A DNA stretch of 64,000 bases from the human T2T-CHM13v2.0 reference genome, Homo sapiens: assembly GCF_009914755.1 (NCBI RefSeq), contig NC_060947.1. One strand, given 5' to 3'. A model generated the notes under the pieces. That model saw nothing but the letters and a program-made list of their open reading frames with translations. It ran no database searches and was not told the DNA's origin. This document shows, one piece after another, positions 34,508-49,677 of this stretch. The position numbers and the translations under genes were made by a program. Numbering within the stretch: position 1 is the first letter of the stretch; each line of letters starts with the position of its first letter.

Positions 34508-35357
34508 TAAAGAAAATCTGTATCTGAAACTTCAGCATTTTAACAAACCTACATAATTTTAATTCCTACTTGAATCTGCTTCCTTTTGAAATCATAGAAA
34601 ATATCAGTAGCTTGAATTAGACCAATTAATTTTCTAGATTGCATCATATTTTAAATATAAACTATGTAATCATCTACAACCTGAATTCTTTCTGTGTCCA
34701 ATTTGTCCAATTTTTTTCTCTAACATTTATATCACAAAGCAATTAATTTGTGTGATTTCTGCATATGTATTTGTAATTCATCAAGTCAAATCAATGTAGT
34801 AATACTATATCATAAAATATACACAAATAATTGAGTGATAGGCTTCTAGTATAAGGACGGTAAGTTTGAAGCATGATTCTATCTGGGCTGGCTAGTTTAC
34901 TCTGAGAAAGTTATTTTTTATTGTTGGGTCTTAAGCTGAGTTTACACACTTGGTGTCAGAATGATTCCGGCAATGAACTGTTTTATGTTCTGCTAGGCTG
35001 ATCAGCACAATCTATATGGCTGTGAACAAAACAATGTTTCCCAGTCATACCAACCATGCCACCATTTTAACAGCTGATTAGTGTATTCAGAACATCTCCA
35101 CTCCATGTTCGTATGGCTGTTATCTAAAGATGAAAGCAGTAGACACTTTTATTTTTTGAAAAATTTAGGCTCTGCAGGGTCAATTATATTTGATAAATGA
35201 GGGGCTTTTTTGAAGCAAACTAGATATAATTTCTTTTGCATTTCTAAAGCCTGATATCTTATTAATTGGTACATTAAATTGTGCACCATTTCTCTGTAAC
35301 TGTTTCAGTACCTGTCTCAGCACTATACCAGGCAGAAGAAATTAAAGAAAGAACCAG

Positions 35358-35828
35358 TGCCGAGATCAGCTTGGTCAGGGAGACCCTAATCCTGCGGCAC
35401 TAGAGGAATTAAAGACACACACACAGAAATATAGAGTATGGAGTGGGAAATCAGGGGTCTCACAGCCTTCAGAGCTGAGAGCCCCGAACAGAGATTTACC
35501 CACATATTTATTGACAGCAAGCCAGTCATAAGATTTACTGAAAGTATTCCTTATGGGAAATAAAGGGATGAGTCTGGCTAGTTATCTGCAGCAGGAACAT
35601 GTCCTTAAGGCACAAATCACTTATGCAATTGTCTGTGGTTTAAGAACACCTTTAAGCAGTTTTCCGCCCTGGGTGGGCCAGGTGTTCCTTGCCCTCATTC
35701 TGGTAAACCCACAACCTTCCAGTGTGGATATCAAGGCCATCACGAGCATATCACAGTGCTGCAGAGATTTTGTTTATGGCCAGTTTTGGGGCCAGTTTAT
35801 GGCCAGATTTGGAGGCCTGTTCCCAACA
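35358..35828 (-). mobile_element. MER9 (HERV-K9/HML-3) solo LTR in intron 5
   Basis: Minus strand starts TGTTGGGAACAGGCC…TGGCCATAAACTGGCCCCAAAACTGGCCATAAAC; perfect 6-bp TSD AACCAG (35352-35357 / 35829-35834). Confidence 0.9.
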
Positions 35829-36963
35829 AACCAGAAGCTAGGAATATATATCCTGCAAATAAAATGAAGAATCTCTAAGGCTTCAGGGCCTGCCCACTTG
35901 TTCTTCTGCCTGGTTCTTCACATACACTGTCTCAAAGCTAGTCTACCTTGAGAGGAGCATGAATATGTGTGTGGGTGTGTGTCTGTGTATTTTAACCTTA
36001 AAAACCTAACTTCCAGTATAGACAGATGGCATACTAGCTAAACCCTTACAAGTTCTTCTATGCTATAAAAGAGAAACAGAATTGAGAACCACCTCCAACT
36101 ATTAAGTGTTATATTTGAATATAGCCTTAGCTTTAGCAGAATAAGTAGGCCAAACTTAAAATAAGCTTTTCTGCCTTTTCAATGATAAAGGTCCCTTTTC
36201 TGTAGCCATTGTTGATTGTGTACACTTATACATAAGTATTTTGAACTAATTTCCTGTTTTCTCAACCACTTGCTGTCTTCATGATACTTTGTCGCAGCTG
36301 GTTGCTATAGAAATGTCTGTTACAAGGAATGTGGCTTGAAGGAAAGTGATAAATGAAAATGAAATGTGAAGTGACTTTGTTTGACTACAAATTCCCATTC
36401 TGGTAGTCCCCAGTGTATCAATACATTATTTTTCTTTAGAAAATAAACCAACCCAAGGAAAAATGGTGGGCAGGTCCTGGTGAATATGGCTGTGATAATT
36501 ATATTAGCAATCTCTTTGGCTAATATTTGAAGCCCAAATAATTGAATCACAATGATCTCTCCCCAGAAAATATATAAAATGCACCTTGGAATCTAGAAGG
36601 CCTTTTAGTCTGCAAAAGAAACCTTCTTAATCATAAGCAGCAGAAGTCCCATTTACCAAATTGGAAAGTTAAAGTTACAAAGCATCAATCATCAGACTTC
36701 CATTCAGGGATGGCAATTGGGAGTAAGACTTTTTAGTAAAGAAACTAAACACAAAGTCATTAGACTCTGTAAAAGTCTTACCAAATTTGATTCTGGAACA
36801 CCTATTCTATTTCCGTAAAGATGATGAATTCCGGAGCCAAATGTTCTTTTCATGAAGGATTTGAAAACTGTCCATGAAAATAACGCAATCAACCTTTTAG
36901 CTTGAGACTCTATTCACTGATTAGATTTTTTTAAATACTGATGGGCCTGCTTCTCAGAAGTGA

Positions 36964-37323
<360 letters not shown>

Positions 37324-37734
37324 TGAGGCTATTTTACTAGACAGACCTATTGGGATGTGAGAAGTATTTAGGCAAGTTTCAGCACTAACCAATGTGAGAA
37401 GGCCTCCAGAGATGAGCAGTTGGTGAAAGAGAGGCTCAAAACCAGCTACCATACAGGTCAAGAAGAATTTGGCATTAAGGAAACAGCATAGCAGGATTCC
37501 AGACAGGCAACTGGTCAACAACATGAAGGTCTGGAAGAAAGGTCGCAGGTACTCAGGTTCAGGGCACTACTTCAGCTTCAGCCCTTGCAAAAACTGGTGA
37601 GAGTTGGAAAGTCTTTAGGCTAAGAAAAATTGGATTATTTAAAAGGGGGTAAAGAAAGGGACTCAAGGAGGAAGGATTAAGGCAAGAACTAGGTTCCAAG
37701 AAACAGGGCATGAGAGAGAGTCTTGATCTACCAC

Positions 37735-37900
37735 TATAGTTCTCGTGGTAGCATCAGAATCACCTGGGAACGTAGAAATGCAAATTCTCCTGCTCTACAC
37801 TAGACCTACCAAATCAGAATATCTAGGGGGTGGGGCCCAGCAGTCTGTGCGCAAACAAGCACTGCAGGTGATTTTGATGCACATTATAGTTTGAAAACTA
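37735..37900. mobile_element. MER5A-like hAT MITE
   Basis: gcatcagaatcacctggg…aatgcaaattctc…ggtggggcccagc…caggtgattttgatgcac. Confidence 0.75.
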
Positions 37901-38205
<305 letters not shown>

Positions 38206-38512
38206 ACACTGGCCCAAAGGAAATGAACTTGTTACAGAAGCCGGGGTTCAAAACACCAAATAATGCACTTGTACCTAGTCCTTCCCGGGTGCTCTGCAGA
38301 CATTTCTCCAAGCGTAGTCTGCAAACAACCTACATATGTAGAATTACCTATGCACATTTTTCATTTAACAACCAAGAGCTACATTTGTAGCAAAATCTGG
38401 GTTGTAACTTAGCCTACAGCTGAAGCCTAAGAGATTCCGTCTGTGAGAAGAAATAACCCACCTCTTTGGCCCCCCTCCCCAGGCAGGAAGCCAGGATGGT
38501 CCTTATATAAAG

Positions 38513-38722
38513 TTGTGCTGTCCAATAGGTAACCACTAGCCACATATGGCTATTTAAATTTAAATTAACTACAATTAAGAGAAATTAAAAATTCAATTCC
38601 TCAATTGCACCTGCCAAATTTTAAGCACATAACAACCACATGTGGCTAGTAACTACTGTATTGGAGAGTGCAAGCGGAGATAGAACACTCTATTACTGCA
38701 GAAATTTCTATTGGATAGCACT
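38513..38722. mobile_element. MER3-like hAT MITE
   Basis: Inverted termini gtgctgtccaatag…ctattggatagcac; internal ctagccacat / atgtggctag. Confidence 0.75.
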
Positions 38723-39593
38723 TATAATAGTTTAGTGTAACTTAAAACTCCCTAGTTGCCACAGTCATGATTTAGTAGTAATTTCATGGATTTCTCTACT
38801 GAGGTTAGAATCTCTGCCATTAGAGACTGATAAATTTAAAGTTTGCAATTATCAAACTGGTGACAATTTAAGCCAGAATCAGGTAAATGTCCTCAGTTTT
38901 AACAGCATTGGAATTTTCTGGGACTAGCTGTGTATCTATCCAGGATTCTTGAGAATGCCTGCCATTTTTCAACATAATGGATGTAAGGTATTACACATAT
39001 ACCTGGGGATGGGGTGGTAGGTATAATTGCACAAGCATTGTGGAGAATGGTATCAAAGAGTGGCAGAACATCACAATCAAGGTTTTCCCTTTCTTTTACC
39101 TTTGCTTTTTAAAAAGACAATATTTGCTGGACCTGATCTTATAACTCATAAATGGGACACTGTATGTTCCTTTTTACCTCCTCTGTTTCTACTTAATTGC
39201 ACCCTATGAGGACTGCTTCCCTTACCTACCATAACCCCTTCCTTCACTCATCCATATCTTTACTCTTCTTCACAACTCTGTAATATTGACCTTCTTTATG
39301 AACCTTTCCTGGAACAATCCCTCTTAAGTGCAAGCACTGTTATTATGCCTTCAATGTATTTAATATCCATGTATCTATTCTCTCTAATTTTGTCATTTTG
39401 TGTTCTCATGTATTTTCATTCATTATGTGTCCAACTTCCATGGATAACATGGTTACAACAAAAGATCCTACTTTATGACAATTATCTTCCTTGGGTTTGT
39501 GGGACATAGAACAGTGCTCAGAGTAGGGGATCCAAGAACCCAGGAGAATATATTAGCTAAGAAGATAACTTCCGTTTTTAAAAGTCCAAGATT

Positions 39594-39891
<298 letters not shown>

Positions 39892-41329
39892 TCATTCCAG
39901 AAATGAAATGGCAAATACATTTAAATCAGAACTAAAAAGGGGAACAGGGTATAAAGGCTCAATTTAGTCACATCATTTCCGTTTCTCACCCACCCCCTTT
40001 AAACCAGATGTTTGCCAATGCATTAACAATGCAGATGTTTCCTGAAAGAAAGTTTAGTAACTCAAGCAGACACCTTATTTTCTTTTCAAGCAGAAAAGAC
40101 TATGAGATGGTGGTTGTGGTTGTTCCGGGAGGGAGAAGATATAAATGATACACATTATTTCAAATCATTTCATGACCTCACTGCACACTTATAGTTATTG
40201 TACCTGTTGTCTTTTTGCTGTCAAGCCTAGCTAAGATCATTTGGAATGTTCAAGATCACTCATACATGCATGTGCACACATACACATGCACATATGTTCA
40301 CTCCCTATTTCATCCACATGAACTAAGATTACTGATGTGTACAGATTCAAAGCACTTTTATTCTTTTCCAAAGGCAAGAAGCTGAGCTACTTTCCAGAAT
40401 AGTTGTGAAAGACCCTGTCATACTTCTGCATTGTTTCCTCCACACCACCTCCATCCAGTTCCTTATGAATGGTTACTGGTTTTCAAAAATATGAGATAAA
40501 TTGAGTGTATAAAAGTCATTTTTAGACAAAATGAAACAGGAAATGAAAGAAACCAGAATCTCTCCTCATTTGTGGATGGGCCAGCTCCACCATGTCATGG
40601 TTAATCTGCAGGGAGGAAATACTAGATTTGATTGCAGATCAGACTGCAGCAAACCTGCTGTGACTAAGGCATCAAGAGAAAGCAAGCAACAGCTGGGGCT
40701 TCAGTGGTGAAAACATTATATATCTAGCTTTGAAATATGAAATACTGTTTAGCAGTGTCACCTAGAAAAGAGTGTTTCAAAATGCTGATGCTTCATAAGA
40801 ACCTTTCTCTTCAGAGTTGTTTCTTTTATCTTTCAAATTAGCCAGGGTGGGAAATAAAGTGATCACTTGGTGAAGAAATCTCACAAAGAAGAACATAGAG
40901 AGTTCACTTTCATCTGGAGTAATGAACAGATTGAACAAACTAGAAATGGTTAGTCTGTTAAAGAAAAGGTGTAGGTGAGCTGTTTGCAAGAGCCACAAGG
41001 GAAAGGGGAAGACAACTTCTTTGTGGACTTAAGGGTGAAAGTTGCAAGCAGGCAAGACGATTCTGACCTCCATTAAGAAAGCCCTTTCCAACCAACAACC
41101 ACTGGGTTGGTTACGCAGGTTGGGCAGCATTGGGAGCAAATGTTGATTGAACAAATGTTTGTCGGAATTGTTGACTTAAAGAGCTGTTCTGTCACTGGGG
41201 ACAGCAGCGGCTAGATAGCCCCATTCAGGGAGAGGGCATTTGTTCACCTGGCCAGAGATCAGAGCAGGCTAAGGGACTGCTGGGATCCTGTCCAGCTTTG
41301 AGACCCTACAGAGCCATGTTCACCTAGCA

Positions 41330-41655
41330 CGTATCCCGTCTGCGGTCACGGTCATTTCTTACCTTATTCCAGGGCTTTCACCTCAGCTTGCCAGGCTGGA
41401 GCCAAGGGCCAACGCAGCCGCGCCTTGTTCGCGATGGTAGCTTCCCAGGAGCCCCCTATGGTTCCGGAACGGCGCTGCCGGCCCCATCCTGTTTGCTACC
41501 TCCTAAAGCCAAAGGCACTGGCGGGCCGGGCCAGCTTCTAAAGTCGCGCAAGGTTAGAAGGTTCCGGACAGGAACGGCGTGAGGCCAATGGAAGGAGGTA
41601 CTTCAGTTTCCCTCCAGATGCCCAGCGATGGGCTCAGAGCTCCTTGAGAACTCGG
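41330..41655. promoter_or_regulatory. Small CpG-island-like element in intron 6
   Basis: 20 CpGs counted in 41330-41580 (22 to 41653) within an otherwise CpG-depleted gene; GGCGGG, CCAAT and CCGGAA motifs; not recognisably a repeat. Confidence 0.6.
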
Positions 41656-43884
41656 GAAAGGAAGCAGGGTCTCTGAAGAAATACTTCAGGAGTAGAAAGA
41701 GGAAGCTAGAGGGTTAAATGCACTACACAGGAACAGAAATGAGTTTTTCTTAGAGTTAGTATATGTCTAGAGGTGTAGTAAACTAAAACAAGTCTTGAAT
41801 TGCATACCGCCACGTAGGGAAGAAATGAAAACCTTTGAATATTAGTGAAAAAAGGGAAACTGCAACGCCTGTATTACTAGATAGCTTTCATCAACAGCTC
41901 AAAACCGACAGATTTAAAGAAGCAACACCGCATTTTGGCTTTCTAAAGCTTTAATTTGGTTTGGATCCCATGCCCATGACCCTGCCAGCTGACAATTCTA
42001 AGCATGCGCAAACTGGCCCCAAAAATTCCTCCCACATTTCCGAAGAACTATTTGGCCCTTTATGTGAAGTACCTGGTTTTTCCATTTTCTGTTTTACCAT
42101 AGGCCTCAGTTCGGTGTGTGGCGTATTTATTCTACATTTAACAATTTGAAGATCATTCTATTAGATTAAAAAAAAAGAATACAATGGAAGCCAAGTGATT
42201 AAGCTTTCCTTATGCTTATATTAAGTTGTAGCATATGCATTTACCGATAGTTAACCGTATTAACCTACAGAAAATGTCCAGGGAAATGGTCTATTTCTTA
42301 TTCTATTTTTGACCTAAAGAAAATCTTTAAAATGTCTTAGCATTTTCCCCAGTCTCCATCCACTTCCCTCAGCTTTGGCCTGAAGCTATCTTTAAAGGTA
42401 CCCTGTACAGCTCTTGCCCTGTACAGCTAGCTACAGAGATTCAATCCTTTCTGTTCGATTAGGACACATCTCAGTGGCAGATAACATGCAAAGTTATTAT
42501 ATGTATGAACCAGAACTTGTTTTTCCTTAGGGGCCAGGATGTTACACTAAGGTCTTAAGACTATAGTAATATCTTCACTTGAAAAAGCCCTCTATTATTC
42601 CTATCTCAGATGATAAAAATTCAATTAAGAGAAATAAGAACGTGACATGTGTAATCGCACCTGGCTCTACAAAGCTAGTCTGGACAGACATTTAAACAAT
42701 TATCCTCTAAGATTATTTGATGAAATGCATTTCAATGACTAGTTAACCATTAAAAACCAAAGTGAGCATCCCATCTGTTCCCAGTCAAATGACCTAGAGC
42801 AAAGGACTAGGCAAACCACATCTGTGGGCATAGCAAGCTGTACATCACAAACAAATGAATTTGCTTTGTATATGAGTGAGAGCAAACACTCTTTATTGTA
42901 CAACTTGGGTGGGTAAGTAGGGAGAATAATGGTTTTACTGAAATCGCAGGTAACGGTTACGTTGGAGTTAAAGGTTAGGAAGAAAACCAAAGGGTAAGAG
43001 CTGTTGTTCTGGGCTGGCATTGTCAATGAAGAGCATAAATTCAGATGTGAATGTATATTTTGTAGAAGCATGTGTGTTGTTGGTTTTTGTGTATGTGTGA
43101 GTCTGAAAGAGGGAAAACAGGCTCCCATTAGACTATGACTAACAAAAATGTTTGACAGATTATAACTCAGATGTCTTACTCAGAGCATATGCCTTCCCAT
43201 TTTCCCCATTATTCCCCAACATGATGTCTTTAAGAACTTGTCCTTGACCGAGCAGACATCTCATACCCCAAATAGCTAATATTTTGATAGCTATGATCCT
43301 GAACGGCCAAACATTCCAAAACCAAGTAGTTTGTAATATCTTTAAATGCAAATATATTTTAGGCCTTTTCCTTGGCAAGGATGTTTGGTCAGGGGTTGGC
43401 AAAAATAATGCTCTTCAGACTTAAAAGAACACAACCATATTTCTTAGCCATCCACCAGAAAGTAGTAGAAGCTCCAGGAAGCAAGTCTTTGTCAGGAGTC
43501 AGACTAGCTACATCATAATCTCTCTGCCCAGGGGCTGTGGATGTCATCCATCCTGGCCTAACTAGCCTACTGAGCTGAGAGATGTCCAATTTCCCCCCAA
43601 TACACTAACCAGAGGAGAAGGACCGTGATATCATTGCATGTGAATTCTTAATTCCAATTGCTTAAACAAATATGTTCAGTTGTAACTATCAATACCAGTA
43701 TATAACAGTGTTGGCCAAGTTTTATTGATGCTGACAATCAATTGGAGTTACAGCCAGACACATGGTCTTATGACCGGCGTACTTACGCAGGGCTTTGCAC
43801 TGAGACAGGTCGTGCATCTGAGGTTTACTGCTTTGCATTTTTGTTTTGTAACTGAAGTCTGATGAGACAGCCAGAGCATGTGCT

Positions 43885-44684
43885 ACCTAGGGACTTGAAT
43901 CCCTGCAGCCCCATTTCACTTCTCACCACCTTCCGGGGTGGTTTCTCGACCTCCCACTCCCCTACCACCTGGTGCCTTAGCCAGCCCTGGCTCTCCCTCC
44001 AAACACCTGCCCAATGAGCACTGCCACCCCATGGTGCCCAGACATGCTCTCCCTCCTCATCCCTACCTAGCTACCATTGCCACTCCCCTCCCCCAGCGGG
44101 GACATGGGCATAGGAGCAGGGAGAGTTAAGGTTGGTCAGGTGCACGTGCCCTATGCTATCTTGGAAGGGGGCTTGGCCATGTGGCATCTCTGGACCAAGA
44201 ATGCGCCACAGCACATTTGGAGGGTGAATGGTGGGGGCACACCCCTTGTCCACCTCTATTTCAGGCATGGAACACATCCTGGCATGAAAGTTGCAGTCCC
44301 TTGGGAATCACCTCTCCACCTTGATTGCCACAGTAGGCCAGTGACAAGGGAAGATTGACACATCATCCCCTGCTGGGGCCCAGTGTCCTGTGGCTGGCAG
44401 GCAGGGGATCCTAAGGACATGTGGGTCTTAAATTGTAGGGTGCACTTCCTGGGCACCTTTGAGGGTCTGCACTGCCCCAGCAAATATCCCCATGCTAGAA
44501 GGAGCAAAATATTAAATGGCAAATTTTAAAAATGTAACAAGATGGGTTGCAAAAGAGACTACAGAGGAAAGCAAAAGTTTTGTATTTTAGTATCTTCCAT
44601 GGCACTTTTCTTCCTAGCTTTTGAACAAGGGGCCCCACATTTTTATTTCTCACTGAGCCCCACAAAGTATGTAGCCATTCCTGC
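43885..44684. mobile_element. MER45B-like hAT-Tip100 relic
   Basis: GC-rich, CpG-poor body ending in ttttgaacaagggg ccccacatttttatttctcactgagccccacaaagtatgtagccattcctg. Confidence 0.62.
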
Positions 44685-45266
44685 CCGGAGTGAGGACTTT
44701 TAAAACATAAAGATTATCAAGTCTTGGAAATTCTGATTCAGTAGATATATAACAGGTCTCAAACTTAATTATGTAAAGAATATTCTGGAGAGCTTCCTTT
44801 TACCCAGTCCCACCCACCAAATATTCTGATAAATTAAGCTTCGATTAGCCCCCAGATCTGCATTTTATAAGGATCCCCAGATGATTCTACTGCAATTGGT
44901 CCACAGACCATGCCTGGACCGAATTTGGGTGCTTAGGAGCACAAATTCTGGAGCCGGGCAGACTTGAGTTTGCTTCCTAGCTTTACCAACTGATCTCAGG
45001 GGAGTTAATGTTTACCTCTAAACTTTAGCTCATGCATCTATAAATAAATATATTAATATCATGTCATAAGGATATTATGTTGTATTAAATGTCTTTAAAA
45101 CACCACAATGATTAGCCCAAAGTAAACACTCAATAAATGTTCAAAAATTTAGGAAAATTGTTAAGACTGGGTTGTATGCACACTGGTGTTTATTATATTA
45201 TGTAGTTTTTTCTGTATTTTTACAACATTTCAGAATTAAAAGCAACAGCTAGAAAAAGAGGGAAAT

Positions 45267-45575
<309 letters not shown>

Positions 45576-46434
45576 TTAATGAGTCAGCTTTGTAGGTCTC
45601 CAGGTAGGAGGCTAGTGCTTCAGTGTCTAGGACATAGTAGGTGTTCAGTAAATTAAATTCAGGACAAAAAGAACATGCCCCAAGGACCATCTGATATCCA
45701 CTTAAAGTGATGGACTACCTCGTTTCCCTTGTTTATGAATGGGTTCATGCCTAAGACTGTGTGCACTTTAATACAAGGGCAGTCGTTCAGAACTAGTCAG
45801 GTCCTGAAAAGGATTTACCAAATGTTGAGTGTGCCCTCTAGTGTTCACACTTCCCAGCTTTCTTCCTATAAAGGTGGATCAAGGCACTTGCTTACAACTG
45901 GAACTGAAATCCTCCAAGTCGATCTAGACATTGAGATGGAGAAAATATTCATTGTCGACTGTAATTATGCAACGAATATCCAGTTGAGATAATGGACTTG
46001 CCTCTTATCTAATAATACCCAGGCTCAATGCGTCACTGCTTTGTCCACTTTGCCCAAAATTCAAGCACAGCTAAGTTGATATTTTAGGACAAAGGCAGCT
46101 TACTATCCAGCCAGAGGGGAGTAGAATATGGTTAAGAGAGAGTGGAAAGAATGAATGAGCCCTGCTATTCCTCACTGCCTGGATGGCTATAAGCACAGCC
46201 CTTATGGAGGCCTTAGGTCTTGCTTCACAATATTCCAGTTTGAAAAGGGTTTGAAAAGACCTCCTAGAAAAATCAGTAGTTTTTCTCTTTTGAGTAACAT
46301 GTAGCAAAAAAAATTTCATCATGTAGGTACAGGGAACACCCTAGTAACTATTAATCTCAAGGAGTCAAGCCAGTGTGTTTCCTAATGTATCTGCTGTATC
46401 CCCATGAAGCAAATTTTGCCATCAGAGAAACTGA

Positions 46435-46899
<465 letters not shown>

Positions 46900-47501
46900 T
46901 GATTGGTACACCATATTTTACTAAGGTCTAATAAAATTGTTGTTGAATAAATTGGGCTAAAGGCAGAAGGGTCATAATTTCAGAACCCACGTCGCACCGT
47001 CCTCCAAGCATCCATAGTTCTTTTGATATACCCCTATTATCACTCATTTCAGTGAGGTACAATTAGTTCTTGATGTAGCCATTTCCATACCAGAAGGCCT
47101 TCCCAAAAATCAGTGTCATGTCACCGATCCTTTTATCTCTGGTGCTTGGCACAACCTGTAGCAGGTCCTCAGAAAACAAACATTTGAATTAATGGCCAAA
47201 TGAGTTTGTGCTCAAAAAAGGGGTGAGGATACTTGAAATTTGGAAAATCTAGGATAATTCATGACTAGTGGATTCATTATCACCAATGAAAGGCTTATAA
47301 CAGCATGAGTGAACAGAACCATCTCTATGATAGTCCTGAATGGCTTTTTGGTCTGAAAAATATGCATTGGCTCTCATTACATTTAACCAAAATTATCACA
47401 ATATAAGAATGAGATCTTTAACATTGCCAATTAGGTCAGTGGTCCCAAGTAGTCACTTAGAAAATCTGTGTATGTGAAATACTGTTTGTGACTTAAAATG
47501 A

Positions 47502-48065
<564 letters not shown>

Positions 48066-48840
48066 TGAAAGATGGATTTCCAAGGTTAATTCATTGGAAT
48101 TGAAAATTAACAGGGCCTCTCACTAACTAATCACTTTCCCATCTTTTGTTAGATTTGAATATATACATTCTATGATCATTGCTTTTTCTCTTTACAGGGG
48201 AGAATTTCATATTTTACCTGAGCAAATTGATTAGAAAATGGAACCACTAGAGGAATATAATGTGTTAGGAAATTACAGTCATTTCTAAGGGCCCAGCCCT
48301 TGACAAAATTGTGAAGTTAAATTCTCCACTCTGTCCATCAGATACTATGGTTCTCCACTATGGCAACTAACTCACTCAATTTTCCCTCCTTAGCAGCATT
48401 CCATCTTCCCGATCTTCTTTGCTTCTCCAACCAAAACATCAATGTTTATTAGTTCTGTATACAGTACAGGATCTTTGGTCTACTCTATCACAAGGCCAGT
48501 ACCACACTCATGAAGAAAGAACACAGGAGTAGCTGAGAGGCTAAAACTCATCAAAAACACTACTCCTTTTCCTCTACCCTATTCCTCAATCTTTTACCTT
48601 TTCCAAATCCCAATCCCCAAATCAGTTTTTCTCTTTCTTACTCCCTCTCTCCCTTTTACCCTCCATGGTCGTTAAAGGAGAGATGGGGAGCATCATTCTG
48701 TTATACTTCTGTACACAGTTATACATGTCTATCAAACCCAGACTTGCTTCCATAGTGGAGACTTGCTTTTCAGAACATAGGGATGAAGTAAGGTGCCTGA
48801 AAAGTTTGGGGGAAAAGTTTCTTTCAGAGAGTTAAGTTAT

Positions 48841-48942
48841 TTTATATATATAATATATATATAAAATATATAATATACAATATAAATATATAGTGTGTGT
48901 GTGTATGCGTGTGTGTAGACACACACGCATACACACATATAA
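48841..48942 (+). promoter_or_regulatory. AIE age-related increase element: (AT)n-(GT)n-(CA)n stem-loop in the 3' UTR
   Basis: Dinucleotide repeat block with a 19-bp perfect inverted repeat at 48898-48916 / 48919-48937; corresponds to the described AIE. Confidence 0.82.
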
Positions 48943-49431
48943 TGGAAGCAATAAGCCATTCTAAGAGCTTGTATGGTTATGGAGGTCTGACTAGGCATGA
49001 TTTCACGAAGGCAAGATTGGCATATCATTGTAACTAAAAAAGCTGACATTGACCCAGACATATTGTACTCTTTCTAAAAATAATAATAATAATGCTAACA
49101 GAAAGAAGAGAACCGTTCGTTTGCAATCTACAGCTAGTAGAGACTTTGAGGAAGAATTCAACAGTGTGTCTTCAGCAGTGTTCAGAGCCAAGCAAGAAGT
49201 TGAAGTTGCCTAGACCAGAGGACATAAGTATCATGTCTCCTTTAACTAGCATACCCCGAAGTGGAGAAGGGTGCAGCAGGCTCAAAGGCATAAGTCATTC
49301 CAATCAGCCAACTAAGTTGTCCTTTTCTGGTTTCGTGTTCACCATGGAACATTTTGATTATAGTTAATCCTTCTATCTTGAATCTTCTAGAGAGTTGCTG
49401 ACCAACTGACGTATGTTTCCCTTTGTGAATT

Positions 49432-49437
49432 AATAAA
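49432..49437 (+). terminator. F9 polyadenylation signal AATAAA
   Basis: AATAAA followed by a CA cleavage region and downstream TTGGCTTTTTGTG. Confidence 0.93.
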
Positions 49438-49677
49438 CTGGTGTTCTGGTTCATACCTTGGCTTTTTGTGGATTCCATTGATGTGAATCAGTCACCCTGT
49501 ATTTGATGATGCATGGGACTACTGACAAAATCACTCTGACCCCGCCAAGCTGCTGCCTTCTCCTGCCCCAACCTCACCCCCAGCCAGGCCTCACTCTTGC
49601 TAGTTCCTTTAGTTCTTTTAGTCAATATATTTTTGTCTTCGCATATAAGTATAAATAAACATATTTTTAAATTTCTT

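Larger units (their letters stand above)
48066..49454 (+). other. F9: F9 3' UTR
   Basis: Runs from the stop codon to cleavage ~17 nt after AATAAA (…GTTCTGGTTCAT), followed by GU/U-rich sequence. Confidence 0.93.

Noticed and set aside
43885-44500. GC-rich intron-6 block with ORFs as a hidden exon or second CpG island
   Set aside because: CpG-poor and ends in a MER45-type terminus; best explained as a DNA transposon relic
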